Notes: generated from the letters alone by a model not told the origin. Positions 14,450-27,227 are shown, numbered from the stretch's first letter. The stretch is DNA of 64,000 nt from Marsupella aquatica (GCA_973895155.1 OZ316898.1:18115292-18179291); one strand, 5' to 3'. A program made the numbers and translations.

Positions 14450-14790
14450 ATAAGGGTGGCTTTACAATACCTCCTGGCCCATTGCTTCAATTTATTCCCC
14501 ACGATAATAAATTGGAATAGTGTAATGAGTGGACATGGCTAAGAGTGGAGCTTGGTGCCCATTCCGTCAATTTATTCCTCTCTGAGATTAAATTGGTAGT
14601 TTACATTCCCTGTGAGATTAAATTGGGATATCATAATGAGTAGAAATGGCCAAGGGTGTCTTTACAAGACCTTGGGGCCCATTGCTTCATTTTTCTCCTT
14701 CTGAGATTAAATTGCTATGTTATATTCCCTGTGAGATTAAACTGGCATATCATAATTAGTGGAAATGGCTGCAGTTGGTTTTACAAGAAA
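14450..14790. repeat. Degenerate tandem repeat, ~120-bp units with GAGATTAAATTG subunits
   Basis: GCCCATT(G/C)C...GAGATTAAATTG...ATATCATAAT...GAAATGGC...TTTACAAGA repeated about 3 times. Confidence 0.7.
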
Positions 14791-17060
14791 GGGGGGTTCC
14801 TTTTGGATATGAGGCCTATTGTGGGCCCAAAATAAATGTTGACTTGAGGTGTTTCTTTTGTCTAGAATTTTATATCACCTCAAAAACTGACCCAAACATT
14901 TTCAAACTTTGGCCCCTTGTTGCATTTATTGCATATCATTTCAATTACCTTTAGTTTGGAGTTAGTCTCTTGAACAAGAAGTGGCCCTTAACTCTTGTTA
15001 GGTGATAAAAGTCACAAGTGCCACTTAAGTCTGGTAAAGCTACCCTCACATTATTATGGTAGGCACAACTTATGAGTAGTAAAAACACCTTCAAACACAC
15101 ACCTTGGGGAAGGTTCCAATACACCTACCATGAGTATATATCTAACTAGGATCAGGGTCAGCAATCCTTAATGGGTGGGCCTGTTTTTGGATTGGCCTTG
15201 AAATCAAGACCTGCATGGTGATTTCAAGTCATGCCATCAGGGTGATTAATAACATATTAAACATAGACAGAGGTTACTGTTGTAATTAATTTATCAATCA
15301 ATCTATCAGAGTCCATTCCTCTGTCCATGTTTTATATGGAGGTCTTGATTTTGTCTTGTGGTACGAGCTAAAAACCAATCAATCTGTCAGAGTCTAAATC
15401 TCAGGAATTTCCTTGTGTGTTGTAAGAAAAGTGAAATCTCAACTTGCATGAGATTTGAGGTAATCATGTGCGTGACTAATGGTGATGAAGAACCAAAAAT
15501 AGTAAGAACAAAAAGTTATTTCTGGATGAAAGTTTATTAGCTCCTTGTTACCCAGACATTATGGGGCATTGATAATAGTCCCTCAAAACCTAGACTATAG
15601 CCCTCATCTTTGGGAGCATTATAGCCCGCAATGACCTGGAAACAGGACAATATTATATATGTAATCCCCCTTTTGGTTTTTCTTTTGTAAATTGGTGCAT
15701 TCCAGTATGCTTAATGTCCTTCCTGATTTTTGTCTTTGTAATTTGTGGTCTTTTTATAGAGAAGAATGCAGTCAAGATTTGGATAAGGGAATCATGAATC
15801 TTCTCATCTACTATTACTATAATTAGTGGGAATTAAAAGTCCCTTAAAAGCCTTAATATAAATGTCATATTACTATAGTATTGTGTACAATAATAGCGCC
15901 TCAAAACTCAAGCTAAAGCCTCTCTCTTTTGAGGCCTCGTGGTCCATAATGCCCTAGTTCCAAACAGTTACTATATACTTAAATCCCTTCAAGATTTAAA
16001 AGGCCTTGAATGATAACTTTATCTTAACTTATGCCCTTCAGTGTTTATTATCATATTACAAGATCATCTACTATCTACTAGTATGATAACCAATCCCGCC
16101 AAAAATGGTGGGTCATCCTGATACAAACCCAGGGAATGCTTTATGACCAGTAGATTTATACTGTGTGTTGTTATAGCCTTTGATTAGCCTAAAATTAATC
16201 TCACAGTACACAAGACAAAGTACTTACAATAAAGATTCTCTATGAGGAACAATCAAAGTTTCCTTCTCCACAAAGTTTCCTTCTACGAAAAACGAACAAA
16301 CCTCCCACCAACCATTTCATCTTCTATCCTTCTTCAATCCAGTTTTCAATCCACCAAAATTTGCTTCTACCATGAAAGAACAAACCTCCGACTAACCACT
16401 TCATCTTCCGTGCTTATGATTGTTAATTGTGGGACAAATAGTAGCAATTCATTTATTTTCTCATGTCCTTTGTAAGTTTAAGCACAGCTTCTTCTTGTCA
16501 ATTGTCTTACTGAAGGGTGTAACTGACTAACAAGCAAATGCCAAACTGCCGTTCTTTTGCTACCTTTCTGAAGGATCTCAAACTCTCAATCTTCCTTATC
16601 AAATTCCTAAGCATTCTTCGACTTTTCTTGGGTTCACAGGAGCGAAAGAACATTAAATAGACCTACCTGACAACAACATAGATTCGAGGAAAATGCTTAA
16701 GACAACGCGATTGACTACGGCGTTAATTTCAATGGAAATTATTGTATGACATTGCATACAATTAGAAAGGCTCCAATCAAGACCGGAAGCAAACTGAAGA
16801 ACACCTGAACGAAATTCACATGTCATATACCAAGATCTACTTCTGATTGCTGGACACTACCAGCCAACACCTACGAGCCGTTAATTGGGATTCTGTCACT
16901 TCGGGATAGCAAGAACCACTTTTTGCAGAACAGTACGTTATTTGCAACGAAACGATCCCAGTTCATACACGATAGTACAAATAAGAAACTCAAACTGCAC
17001 GAAACGAGACCACAAGTTTATGTAGTTCAGACAACTCTCTTTGGTATTTATAGTTCCCAA

Positions 17061-20000
17061 TCAGTGTGACCGTTGAAGCATATCTTTATGATCAAAATTG
17101 GCATAGCTAGCAATTTCTAGTGCACTCAAAAGTGGGGTCATGGAAGCCTTGGCAGAAGCAAAATGACGCTTGAATACTGTATCTGCAACTAAGCTTTCCC
17201 TTAACGCAACCATGCCAGCCTCTTTACACAATCCCGCTAACTCTGCACCTGTGAACCATTCAGTTTCCCCAGCTATTTGTTCAAGACTGGCATCACTTCC
17301 GATTTTCATCCGGCGGGTGTGAATCCTAAGGACTTCCAACCTTCCCTCCACATCCGGAGGTGGCACAAAAATGACCTGAAACACCACATGATTGAGGTTG
17401 GTAGAACGCCGTGAAAAATGATGACAGTAAGAGGTAGGCTTTCTGCAAGATTCTCTCTATAGAAATAAGAGATTTAGATTGTACCGAGTCAAAACGACCT
17501 GGTCGCATTAGGGCTGCATCAATTGTTTGTGGACGGTTGGTGGCTGCCAGAACAAGCACCCCCTGATAGCATCATGAAGTAACTGTCAGAAAAAAAGCGA
17601 TTACCTTTGACTGTGAACAATGAACAGGCTCCATGATAATGTAATACTGAAGGCTCAAGCGAACTCTTCTTCAAGAGTCAACCAAATAACAGCAGTTTCA
17701 CATGGGTAGCACCTGGGCCTGTTCCAACCCATCAATTTCGGTAAGCAATGTAGAGAGAAGCTTTTCTGCCACTGTTGTGCCATCGCCACCAGACTTGCTA
17801 CGTGACGCTGACATCCTGGACGCACATCATAATCTCAAATAGATGAACTTTGTGCTCTCGAAATATGAACAATCCCTTTTGAACCAATTCTAAACAGCGA
17901 AGAGTCGGCTATCTACGGTGGCTGAAACTACTTTGCAATACTAAAAAATCCATCCTCGCCGAGAGAGATGCAGTCTTAACATCATATTTAACTTACCTCC
18001 TGGAAGCAACTGCATCAACCTCATCAAAGAAAATGATGCTGGGAGCAGCTAAGCGGGCTCGACAGAAAGTTGACCTAACGAGCGCCTCTCCCTCCCCTAC
18101 GTACATGGAATATAGTTCTGCCCCACTACGACACACCACCTGATCTCAGCATCCAGATGAACTCAAAGACCTGTATTCTTGCATCATTGGCTCAGTACGT
18201 AGAGGCGTTTCAAGTGATTTCACACCAGACTTCACGAGAGCACAATACAGGAAATATGATGCTCCACTACAGAACTACGAGGCCCTCATCATCATCCTGC
18301 CTTTCCTTTTCCTGCTTAGAATCTACAACCTGGATGGAAAGAGAAGCTTTTCTCACGTGCATTGTTTTAAACACCGTTGTATAGAGGACCTTCATTTCCC
18401 AGTAAAACATTGGTAGCTTAACTGGGAATAATGAAGCAAAGAACTAACAGGAGGACATTCATACTCGTTGGACAGAGAATAGTGGCATGAGATTATGCAA
18501 AAAAGACAGGAAAGGAATCACCATTTATCTATCTATATATACATATATATTGGGTCCTCGCAAACAGATTCTGGAATTCCTGATTATGTAAGTGTGAAGG
18601 ATTATGGACCTGGAAACCTCACTCTTTCCCGAAGACAGAACTAGCCCTTTCGAGCAGCAAAGAATGATATCTACAGGAGATATACAAGAACAACATATCC
18701 TGTTCAAACTCTGTTATTGCAGCGCATCAGCTACAAGAGTAAAGCAAGGTATACCACCTCAGAGAGATCAGAGTGGCTTGGGCAGCATGTGCAGCAGCTC
18801 TAACAAGAGTGGTTTTACAGCATCCGGGTGGTCCATGGAGAAGAACTCCACGTATTGGCCTTATGCCAAGTCGAGAGAAAGCATCGCTATGCTTGATGGG
18901 CCACTCTACGGCTTGTCGCAACCTTAGCTGTTCAACAACACTTCAGGATGAGACACTTCAAACTCGATGAATCAGTGCATATGTCGAGCAAGTCGGCCAT
19001 TGCGGTGCCAGTTTAGCGACGTCTTGCTGTCCCTACCTTTGCGCACTCTACAGAAGTAAGAGGCAAATTGAAACACTGAATTCACAATGGACCAGTATGG
19101 AATAACAAAATGGACTTCAGCTTGCGTTGACAAGGATCGTGTGAAGCACACCTTAACCTCATGAAGCCCACCAATGTCGTCCCACGAAATTTTCGGCACC
19201 TCGGCTGCTATCCCTCGCACAACACTTGGTCCTACATTCTTTCGTGCGTCTTCCCATTCCTCCATCCCAACTACCTTAACCTGACCTTCTTCGAGTCCTT
19301 CTTTGAGACCCCTCTGTAGGGCAGACATAGCGGCTTCTCGGCATAAAGCTTGGAGGTCTGCACCAACGTAGCCATTGCACATCGCAGCAACGCGGTAAAG
19401 ATCCACCGTCCCGTCTAGTGGAAGGTTATTGGCATGGAGCTGTGAATTACAGAAAATCACTGTTAATTTCACGGAATATTGTAGCAGCGGCTTCTCGACA
19501 TAAAGCTTGGAGGTCTGCACCAACGTAGCCATTGCACATCGCAGCAACGCGGTAAAGATTCACCGTCCCGTCTAGTGGAAGGTTATTGGCATGGAGCTGT
19601 GAATTACAGAAAATCACTGTTAATTTCACGGAATATTGTAGCATTGATATATGGTACGAGCATCCTATAAAGTTTTGCAAGGAGGAATATAGGTTACATG
19701 ATCCTCACGCGAAGTATGTCATAGCGTTCTTCTGTGTTGGGTGAGCGAATTGCTAACTCTCTATCAAAACGTCCAGGCCGACGAAGAGCAGGATCAATCG
19801 CATTAACTCTGCAGAGAGGATGAAAATGAGAAATCAGCATTTCCAATTCAACTCTTTCATTCAGAAACCGTGAAAACATTCTCCTCAAGATGCTCATTGA
19901 AGCAATATCATAAAATCGGGGAGAGAACAGAAACAGTATATCTGCTTCTGGGCATCATAATAAAAAGCGAAGCCTCCGCTTCAAACTCAGGTTCTTGCCG

Positions 20001-21319
20001 ATGCAAATTTCAGAAGATAAACATCCATGTCGCCCTATTTTGATAGCTCAAAGAGTAAGCACGTCATGTCAAATTACTTACCTATTTGTAGCGGCAACGA
20101 CAACAACGCGTGAAGAACTCCCCGATTTGGATCTAATTCCATCCATTAACGTGAGAAGTTGTGCCACAATTCTTGTCTCCTGCTGTTGCCTGACCAATGG
20201 GCCCTGCCAGTGCTAATTAGCAACGATATCTCGTGAGAGGATTAAGGAGACGAGAAAACCGGCTATTTCTTGAAATACTGAGGAGAAAGTGTTCATAAAC
20301 TTTCAATAAAAGAAGAAGAAGGAACATGAAGAAGGGACTGTAGGTAGTATTCTGTAGTCATCTTCATCTGTATACCAAGGAAGGTGTGTGAACGCGGGTC
20401 ACTCTGAAAGGTCAATAACTTAGTCATCTTTGCGAGCCACTCTGAAAGGTCACTACTTTAGTCATCTTTGCCGTGTGAGGTTTGCAGTATGACATACCGG
20501 GAGTCTCTCGGAGGGCAAAGTGTATCAATTTCGTCGATGAAAATTATTGCTGGTTTACCGGAAGCTGCTTGTGATGCTGCCTCAAGAAACGCTTCTCGCA
20601 TCAACCGTTCGCTCTGTCCAGCATAAGATCTATGCAAAGAACCGCCACTGCACAAATTGATTCCCTCCCGGTCAGAATGATAAATACGGTACCAGATTTG
20701 GTATCCCTGTTTCCCCGAATCTGCGTACAAAGGCAGAAAGTCCACTCGTCGTTTTGTTCCACCAGTTCGGAAAATCTCGTGATTGTACCGAACAGGACTT
20801 GTCCACAATCACTACGACAAACAGTACAAAATACCTGAGAGATGTGAAATGCGCATCACATTCCTTAGCCACGGCGTGCACCAAGCTTGTCTGCATTTAA
20901 ACACGCCTTGCCCGTCATGTCCAGCGGAATTTAGAGAGGGCATGAAAAGCTCCAACATCCACAGAACAGTTCTCAAAAGGAGCAAGATAGAGCATACCTT
21001 ACCCGTGCCTGGAGGTCCATGCAGCAACAGTCCTTTAGGCCACTGCCACACGGATTCAACACCAGAAAAATCATGAATCCCTGGTACAACACTTGGGCTT
21101 CTACACGATAGAACTGGCAAGGAATACTCTAAATAATATGCCCAAACGGGAAAGAAAACAAACCTTGAGGCCAATCGCAGCTGCTTCTCGAGCGTAGAGG
21201 AAAGGCCAGATAACCAATTCGCGCAAGGATCGTAGTGGGGCTGCCATTCCTGCGAGTGCAGCCTCGGCACGCCACACTGGATCTTTCATTACAGAGTCTG
21301 ATTTCTCCACCTCATCCAT
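17061..21319 (-). CDS. CDC48B: Two-AAA-domain ATPase, CDC48B/AFG2B-like (multi-exon)
   Basis: Starts [19 protein letters not shown]1 has Walker [12 protein letters not shown], Walker B IIFIDEID and [13 protein letters not shown]2 has [39 protein letters not shown] and [11 protein letters not shown]. The short N-terminus without an N-domain fits plant CDC48B. Confidence 0.92.
19329..19642. repeat. 2 x 157-bp tandem duplication spanning an intron/exon boundary of CDC48B
   Basis: Copies 19329-19485 and 19486-19642 differ at only two positions that I could see. Confidence 0.95.
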
Positions 21320-21839
21320 GATTTCTTTAGTGGTTCATTTCACGCAAAGCACTCTATCACAGGGTTCTGCATAACCTGTTCCACAGGACAAGTCCGGAGA
21401 CGAAGAATATTGCAGAATGGCGGAATCCTACCCAGCCGACAAATTGCCGTGCAGATCGACTTTCACAGCCCCGTCTCTAATTTATTTGGCAACTGTCGCG
21501 GTGGTTTTGCGGCTTCTGTTCAAATGCAGAAGTCATGCATGGTAGTGTCCCGCACAGAGATCATGCCAGAAACACACAAGAAATTGCGCAGGATTGAGTG
21601 AGGTCGTCAGAGCGCATACGCATGGCAGGGAAGAAAAGTTGAAATGGAACTGAGTTACAAATTGTGTCGACTCCGGACTACACAATGCCGACTGTGGTGG
21701 ACTGGTTGCGTTTTACAGTCGTTCGATAAACCCTAAACTCAAACGGAGGATGGTTGGCAAGATGACTGTTCGACTCACTACGAACAATTAAAGCTCGGAT
21801 CGATAGACAATTCACACGTGGATCGACCGACGCTGGAGG

Positions 21840-22177
21840 CCGGGTCCGGTTAGGGAGTGGTTCGGGTGGGGTCCTGGCTGGGTTGGGCCGGGTTCGGACA
21901 GGGTCCGGGCCGGGTTCGGGTGAGCTGGGGCGGGGTCCGGGTGAGTTCCGGGTGAGGTCTGGGCGAGTCCGGGCCGGGTTTGGTTGGGTCAGGGAAGTCC
22001 GGGCTGGGTTCGGGTGGGCCGGGGCTGGGGTTCAGGCTGGGTCAAGCCAGGGTCCGGGGAGGGAAGTCCGGGGGAATCTGATGGAATATGCGTCAAATTG
22101 GACATTTTTTGGCTATCATTTGACGGGTTTACATGCCCGGCAAGCCATCAACTTGCCCGTCGGGTTAAATCTGACTA
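21840..22177. mobile_element. Partial GC-rich MITE (G-rich half), related to the 45794-46247 element
   Basis: GGG-run array followed by GGAATAT...CAAAT...TTTACATGCCCGGCAA...CTTGCCCGT, matching GGAATAT...TTTACGTGCCCGGCAA...CTTGCCCGT at ~46143-46233. Left end and TSD not found. Confidence 0.55.
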
Positions 22178-22382
22178 TAAAGCCCCATGAACAAGCCAAA
22201 CTTGAAGAGAAATATGCTTGGATACTACTGTTTATTTTTTACTCTTATGTCCAAAAGTACGTTGATCACCATTTTTGTCCAGTTTTCTATGTACTGGCCA
22301 GATCAGTGATTGCAAGTTTGGGTTCAATTCTCTTAAACTACAACTAGGGGGCATAAAGCCCCTCAGCCCTGCCCGTGCATGC

Positions 22383-22495
22383 TGGCCAGTCTATTGCGTC
22401 TATTAGGTCTGTTAGGTCTTCGGTCAGGGGGAGGGCGAACAGAGCAGGCCAAAAAACCAGACGCAACAGACCTAACAGACGCAACAGATTGGCCA
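22383..22495. repeat. ~31-bp inverted repeat (hairpin)
   Basis: TGGCCAGTCTATTGCGTCTATTAGGTCTGTT pairs with AACAGACCTAACAGACGCAACAGATTGGCCA, with 3 transition mismatches. Confidence 0.8.
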
Positions 22496-23253
22496 GATCA
22501 ATGATTCCGAAGGACTGCATTCATGTTTCCAGAGTCAGACTGGCTAGGTTTAGGGAGAGTCCAACAACTGTCATAGTTTACTCAAAATTTCAGGCCAATG
22601 TTGTGAGCGTCTGCATGTTTAAATGTTTCTTTTGCTAGGATACAGGCAAAGGAATCAGCTGCATTTTTCAAATGTGACTGCCCCTTTAAGTTAATGTATT
22701 GAGAAGATTCCAAATTTTACAAGAGGGAATAACTGCTGAACGTAGATGTTTTGTTTTTAAAACACTAAAATTACAAAGTTAGGCACAATTACGAGCTAGG
22801 CATGAATGCATTCGTTACCCATCTGGAAGCCAAGAAATACAATGATGAACTGAGGAAGAATTCATTGGCAAGAGTTTGAGCTCAGGTGATCTTCCACGGA
22901 ATAATCAACCCCTCATAACTTAATGACTCAAACTAGACTGGGGCCGGACTTTGCAAAGCGGGTCAAAATGTGTCAGCCATTGTCAGCCATTGTCAGCCAT
23001 TGTCAAACAATTGCCTCCATGGAGTCCAAGTTTTCTTTTCTTTTGAAAACCGGGACAATACCCGAGAACCCTCCATGGAGTCCAAGAAATTTAAATTAAA
23101 TGTTAGCTGTCAAAAGATTGCCTCCACGGAGTCCAAGAAATTTAAACAAACACAGTCACAAACAGATGCAAGATAAAAAAAAGCACTACACAAGAGGAAT
23201 AAGAAAGTGGAATTAAGTTAAGTCTCAAATTGAGAGGGAGCCAGGGCAGCTAG

Positions 23254-23678
23254 TGTAAGGTCATGGCCCGAAAAATAAAGAGAGGTGCAAAAGGGGGGGA
23301 ACTCAGGGTGCTCCTTCCAATAGGCTATGGGGGAGTCCCCAGGTATAGTTGTCGCACCCCTACCCTGGGCCTTAAATCCGGGTTAGTGTCGTGGTGCGAC
23401 CTCGACCACCAGTAGGGGTGAGGGTTCGGGCAAGGAGGTGTGTAGTGACCTTCAATAGCCCTAAGTCGGGCTAAGCCGCTATACTTACTGGTATAACACT
23501 CGCATAATTCGTACTTGTCATAGGTATATTTATTTTCCACCGCTGGAATTTTCCCTCAGTTAGTGACGCGGACTAACTCCCGACTTGGGGCTTTTCAAGC
23601 CATCGACGTGACAGGACCTTGTGACATGCAATGAGTGGCAATCCCTACCATTAGTCCGCACCCGGTACGTCCCTTAAA
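23254..23678 (+). mobile_element. Putative 5' LTR of a Ty3/Gypsy (Athila/Tat-like) retroelement
   Basis: Starts TGTAAGG and ends CCTTAAA, one mismatch from the inverted CCTTACA. Immediately followed by a PBS-like sequence. No second LTR in the window. Confidence 0.55.
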
Positions 23679-23679
23679 A

Positions 23680-23696
23680 TGGCGCCTTTGCCCGGA
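23680..23696 (+). promoter_or_regulatory. Primer-binding-site-like sequence (tRNA-Asp type)
   Basis: TGGCGCCTTTGCCCGGA matches TGGCGCCGTTGCCGGGG (complement of the plant tRNA-Asp 3' end, an Athila-type PBS) at 14 of 17 positions. Confidence 0.5.
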
Positions 23697-24330
23697 CAAA
23701 GCATACACACAACACCAGTTACTCTCAGAAACATTAAGGGGAAAAGACTACATTTACTCAGCGAAGCATCAGTTTACATGGTTGACTCGACTTCAAAGGG
23801 GGTCAGCAGGCCCAACGGCAGTCAATGCCCAGTCTCTACGAGGCCCTGCCTCGCACTTGCCCAGCAAGCTCGACTCTGGCTCTCACTCCTTGGTACGCTC
23901 TGACCCTACTCAGGCCGGGACTCCCCGTGCCTCGCCTTTCTTCTGCTGAGATAACTAAGCCTTCTCCCCCTTCCCATCGCGGAAGGGGATGCCTAAATAC
24001 TACCATAGCGGAGAGAACCGGAGGATACTACCTTCCGGGTACTACCTACTGACTAACTAACTGCTGACTACCGGTCGCGCTGTACTGACCGGTTGACCGT
24101 CGACTACGAGTGTGCCAACCGGAATGGCGGCGGCCAAGCCTACTGACAACCTCTAGTCCGTTGATGGACTCAATCCTACGTTGGCTGATCCTAACTGACC
24201 GGCCCTAATTCTTCCTACTGCCGCTAATCGGTGCCTAATGACAGCCATTCTGTCGTTACGCCTAACTAAAAGATGCCGCTGACTTAACCGCCTCGCGCGG
24301 TGCCTGCTTCTACCCTTCGCTAACTACCCC

Positions 24331-27060
24331 TTACGTGTGTGCAGTGGTTGGACCAGGGCTGGTCCCCTTGTCGGGGCGAGACCTCGAGCCGCCTTGATCA
24401 GAGGTGGGCCCAGGTTTTCCCCGCTGGAGGACGAGCAGGGTGACGCGGTCCTGCAAAGCCTTGTTGTCCCGTAATGCTTCCTCCGCCTTGTTTGCGGCTT
24501 CGTCGGCTTCAGTCTGGAGCCGCGCCACCTCCAAGTTGAGCTGGTCGATGGCGTCGCGATGGACCTGGTCCTGCGCTAGCAATTTATCTCATTCGGCGGA
24601 GAGACTAGCCACCTGCTGTGCTGCCTGCAGGAATTGTTTGTTGAGGTCGGTCAGGCTGGTAACCCGAGCCGAAGATTCTGAGCGTAATTGAAGCACGGTG
24701 TCGTCCAGCTTCTTGAATTCGGCCTGCGCTCCGCTTAACTCCTGGGTTAGTCCGTCCCTCTGTTCGACAATGCGGACTAAATCCTCGCGGCGGGTCGTTG
24801 TCTCCTCCTCGAGGTGCTCTACCAGCATCTGGAGACGCCCGATCTCATTCCCCTTCGCCATAAGTTCTTCTTCCAAGCGGCTGACGATCCGTGGTTGGTG
24901 CTCTAACATGAAGAAGGCTGGCTGAAAGTACGCCGAGACTTGTTGTCCGATGTATGTTGCCAACTCCCCAGACATAGTCTGGCTAAACTTCTGGACCAGG
25001 TCGTAGGCCATGGTCCCCGGGGCTACTTGGTAGTCCTCCATCCTCTCGGGTACCGGTGGTTCCTCGGCAGGGGCAATGAGCTCCTCCGTAGTCAGCGCTG
25101 GGGAGGGGAAGGTTTCTTCAGGTGGTGGAGGGATTGGGGGTGGTTGTACTGTAGGTAGCGGAGGCTCAACGGAAGGAGGCGGTGGAATTTCCGCAGGGTG
25201 CGGTTGCGGAGTATTAGTCGGGGCTTCCGGCTCGGGGTTTGTCCGAGGGACAGTAGTCCGCGTAGTCGGGGTTGCCTCCTCTAGGGCGGGGGTGTCATTA
25301 CCCGGGGCTGAGGTGGCCATATTCTTTCCTCTGGCCTCCCGCCGTGCCTTGTACCAGGCGAGGATAATGGCGATATGACTCCCCAAGTAAGTCTTCCCTC
25401 CAATAGCCATACCACCCTGAGCCCGCTTCAGCTCCCCCGAGAATCTTCGGTAGAAGAATTGGGCCCAGTTTCGTCGTTTGTACTGTTCCACCTGCACTAT
25501 CGTGCAGAGGGAAATCTCGGATCGTGGCTCAATCATGTGTAGGGTAGTCCGTATGAAGTTAAGCCGCTCCATACAGGTTAAGTTGGTGCACGCCCCCTGC
25601 TTGTATCCGTTGTCCGTCTTACCCTCGGGTTTGAAGTGCCGCGGCGTATACTCCTTATCCCGAATTCGGATTTCCACCGGCACCGGCCCGGTTGGTAGGC
25701 CGGAAATTTGCGTTAACCGATGCTCCGTGAGTGATAAGGTCTGCCCCGAAACCTTGGTGGTTGACGCATCAGTGTCGAAATTGGAGATGAACTCACAAAT
25801 CTCCTTCGGCCCGGCGGCGCACGGCCTCCATAGTAAGTGGGCGAACCGCTCCAACTGATGCTCCTTGAGATAGTCCGCATGTTCGAGTTTCTTGATCGCG
25901 ATCCAGACTACCTCGGGGACGCGGATTACCTGTAATAAGTTGGACTTCGGGTTATCCGGGGGCCGTCGGGTCTGGTTGGTCGGGGGGTTTGCCGGGGCAG
26001 GTGCAGGCGCGGCGTCGGTCTGTGTTGATTCGGGGGCCGTCGCAGTCCTTGACCGCTTACGAGGACGTTGTTCGAGTTGCGGACTAGCTCGCTCGGAACC
26101 CGAAGAACACTCCGCGTTGATTATTGGACGGACTTGGGACTGGTTCGGCGGTACTCCGGTGGTCATCGGTTGAGGCGCTGGGGTAGCCATATCCCAATTG
26201 AAGGCGTTGGAGCTTTCCCCGAGGAACGTGAGATTACGCGCCGCTTCCCGTTGTCTGCTAATGTCTTCTTGGCGCTTTTCGGCTGCGATCTGCTGGTCTA
26301 GGTACCCCAGAATCTTGTCGAACTCCGCTTGAGTAAGCCGCTGGTTGCCCTTCAGCTTAAAGAACTTAGCTGGAACCTCAAGAATCGCCTCTGCTATCGA
26401 TCTAAGCCCTTCCTCGCTGAGATATAGTTCGGTGATGTAGTCTCGCAGCTCGTTATAGCTAGAATCCTTGGTGATGGCTGTCCTTTCGCAATTAACCAGT
26501 GCTACCTTGGTTACCAGCTTCGCGTACCTTCGTTCGTAAGCGGCTTTCTCGGGGCAAGAGTACTAGTAAGTCTCGGAGAACTTAGCACCTACCTCGCCAA
26601 ACAAGGTCCAAAATCCCAAGGCTGTGAGGGTCATACTAACCTCGTAGTCCGGTTCGTTGCGTCCACGTTCCCACCTGGCTGGTCCTTTTTCACGGAGGCC
26701 TCGCTCGTCCTAACTAAATCTCGCCACATTCCGCTCTTCTCCCTCGATAGTTTCCTCGTAAAGGTCGACTGGATTCAATCGAAAAGGCGAGCGGATGGCA
26801 GCGTCCGTGAATTCCAAAAAGGTAAACGTGAGCGAATGGCCCGCAGTGCCATCGGCTCCTCTCTTATGGAGGTGCCCGGACGAGCCCGAGCGTGAGAAGG
26901 TCAGGCCGTTTGGTCATTGATAACGAGCTGAAGTCGGCGTCTCGGTCCAAGCGTGATTCTTCTAACTGATTTTTACTCCGCTGCCGCCACCATACCTCGG
27001 TTGTGCGTAATAATCCCTTTCCTGAACTCGTAATTATTCGGTTATCTTAACCTACTCCTA
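24331..27060 (-). pseudogene. Decayed retroelement accessory ORF (~900 codons): unknown N-terminal domain, plant-transposon-protein-like domain, Pro-rich linker, coiled coil
   Basis: The 533-aa ORF (26190-24589) and the 83-aa ORF (24582-24331) are in the same frame, separated by one TGA. The same frame continues upstream past in-frame stops at 26563-26565, 26710-26712, 26914-26916 and 26962-26964. The motif EICEFISNFD..TKVSGQTLSLTEHRLTQISGLPTG resembles accessory proteins of plant LTR elements. Confidence 0.75.
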
Positions 27061-27227
27061 ATCTAATCATAATGGCAACTTGACGGCTATACGTGCTATT
27101 CTACGCTATGGCTACGGTCCTAATGACCGTATAAGTCCTAATCTACGACCTGGGTTCGGTCAAGTGACACGTTACCCGTGTCACAATAGTTAATGCTGTT
27201 CCAGGGACTAGTCTCTTTGAATAGGAG

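Noticed and set aside
23254-27185. Whole segment as one 3.9-kb solo LTR (TGTAA...TCACA)
   Set aside because: The flanks (GCTAG versus ATAGT) do not form a 5-bp TSD, and the internal PBS-like site suggests a shorter LTR.
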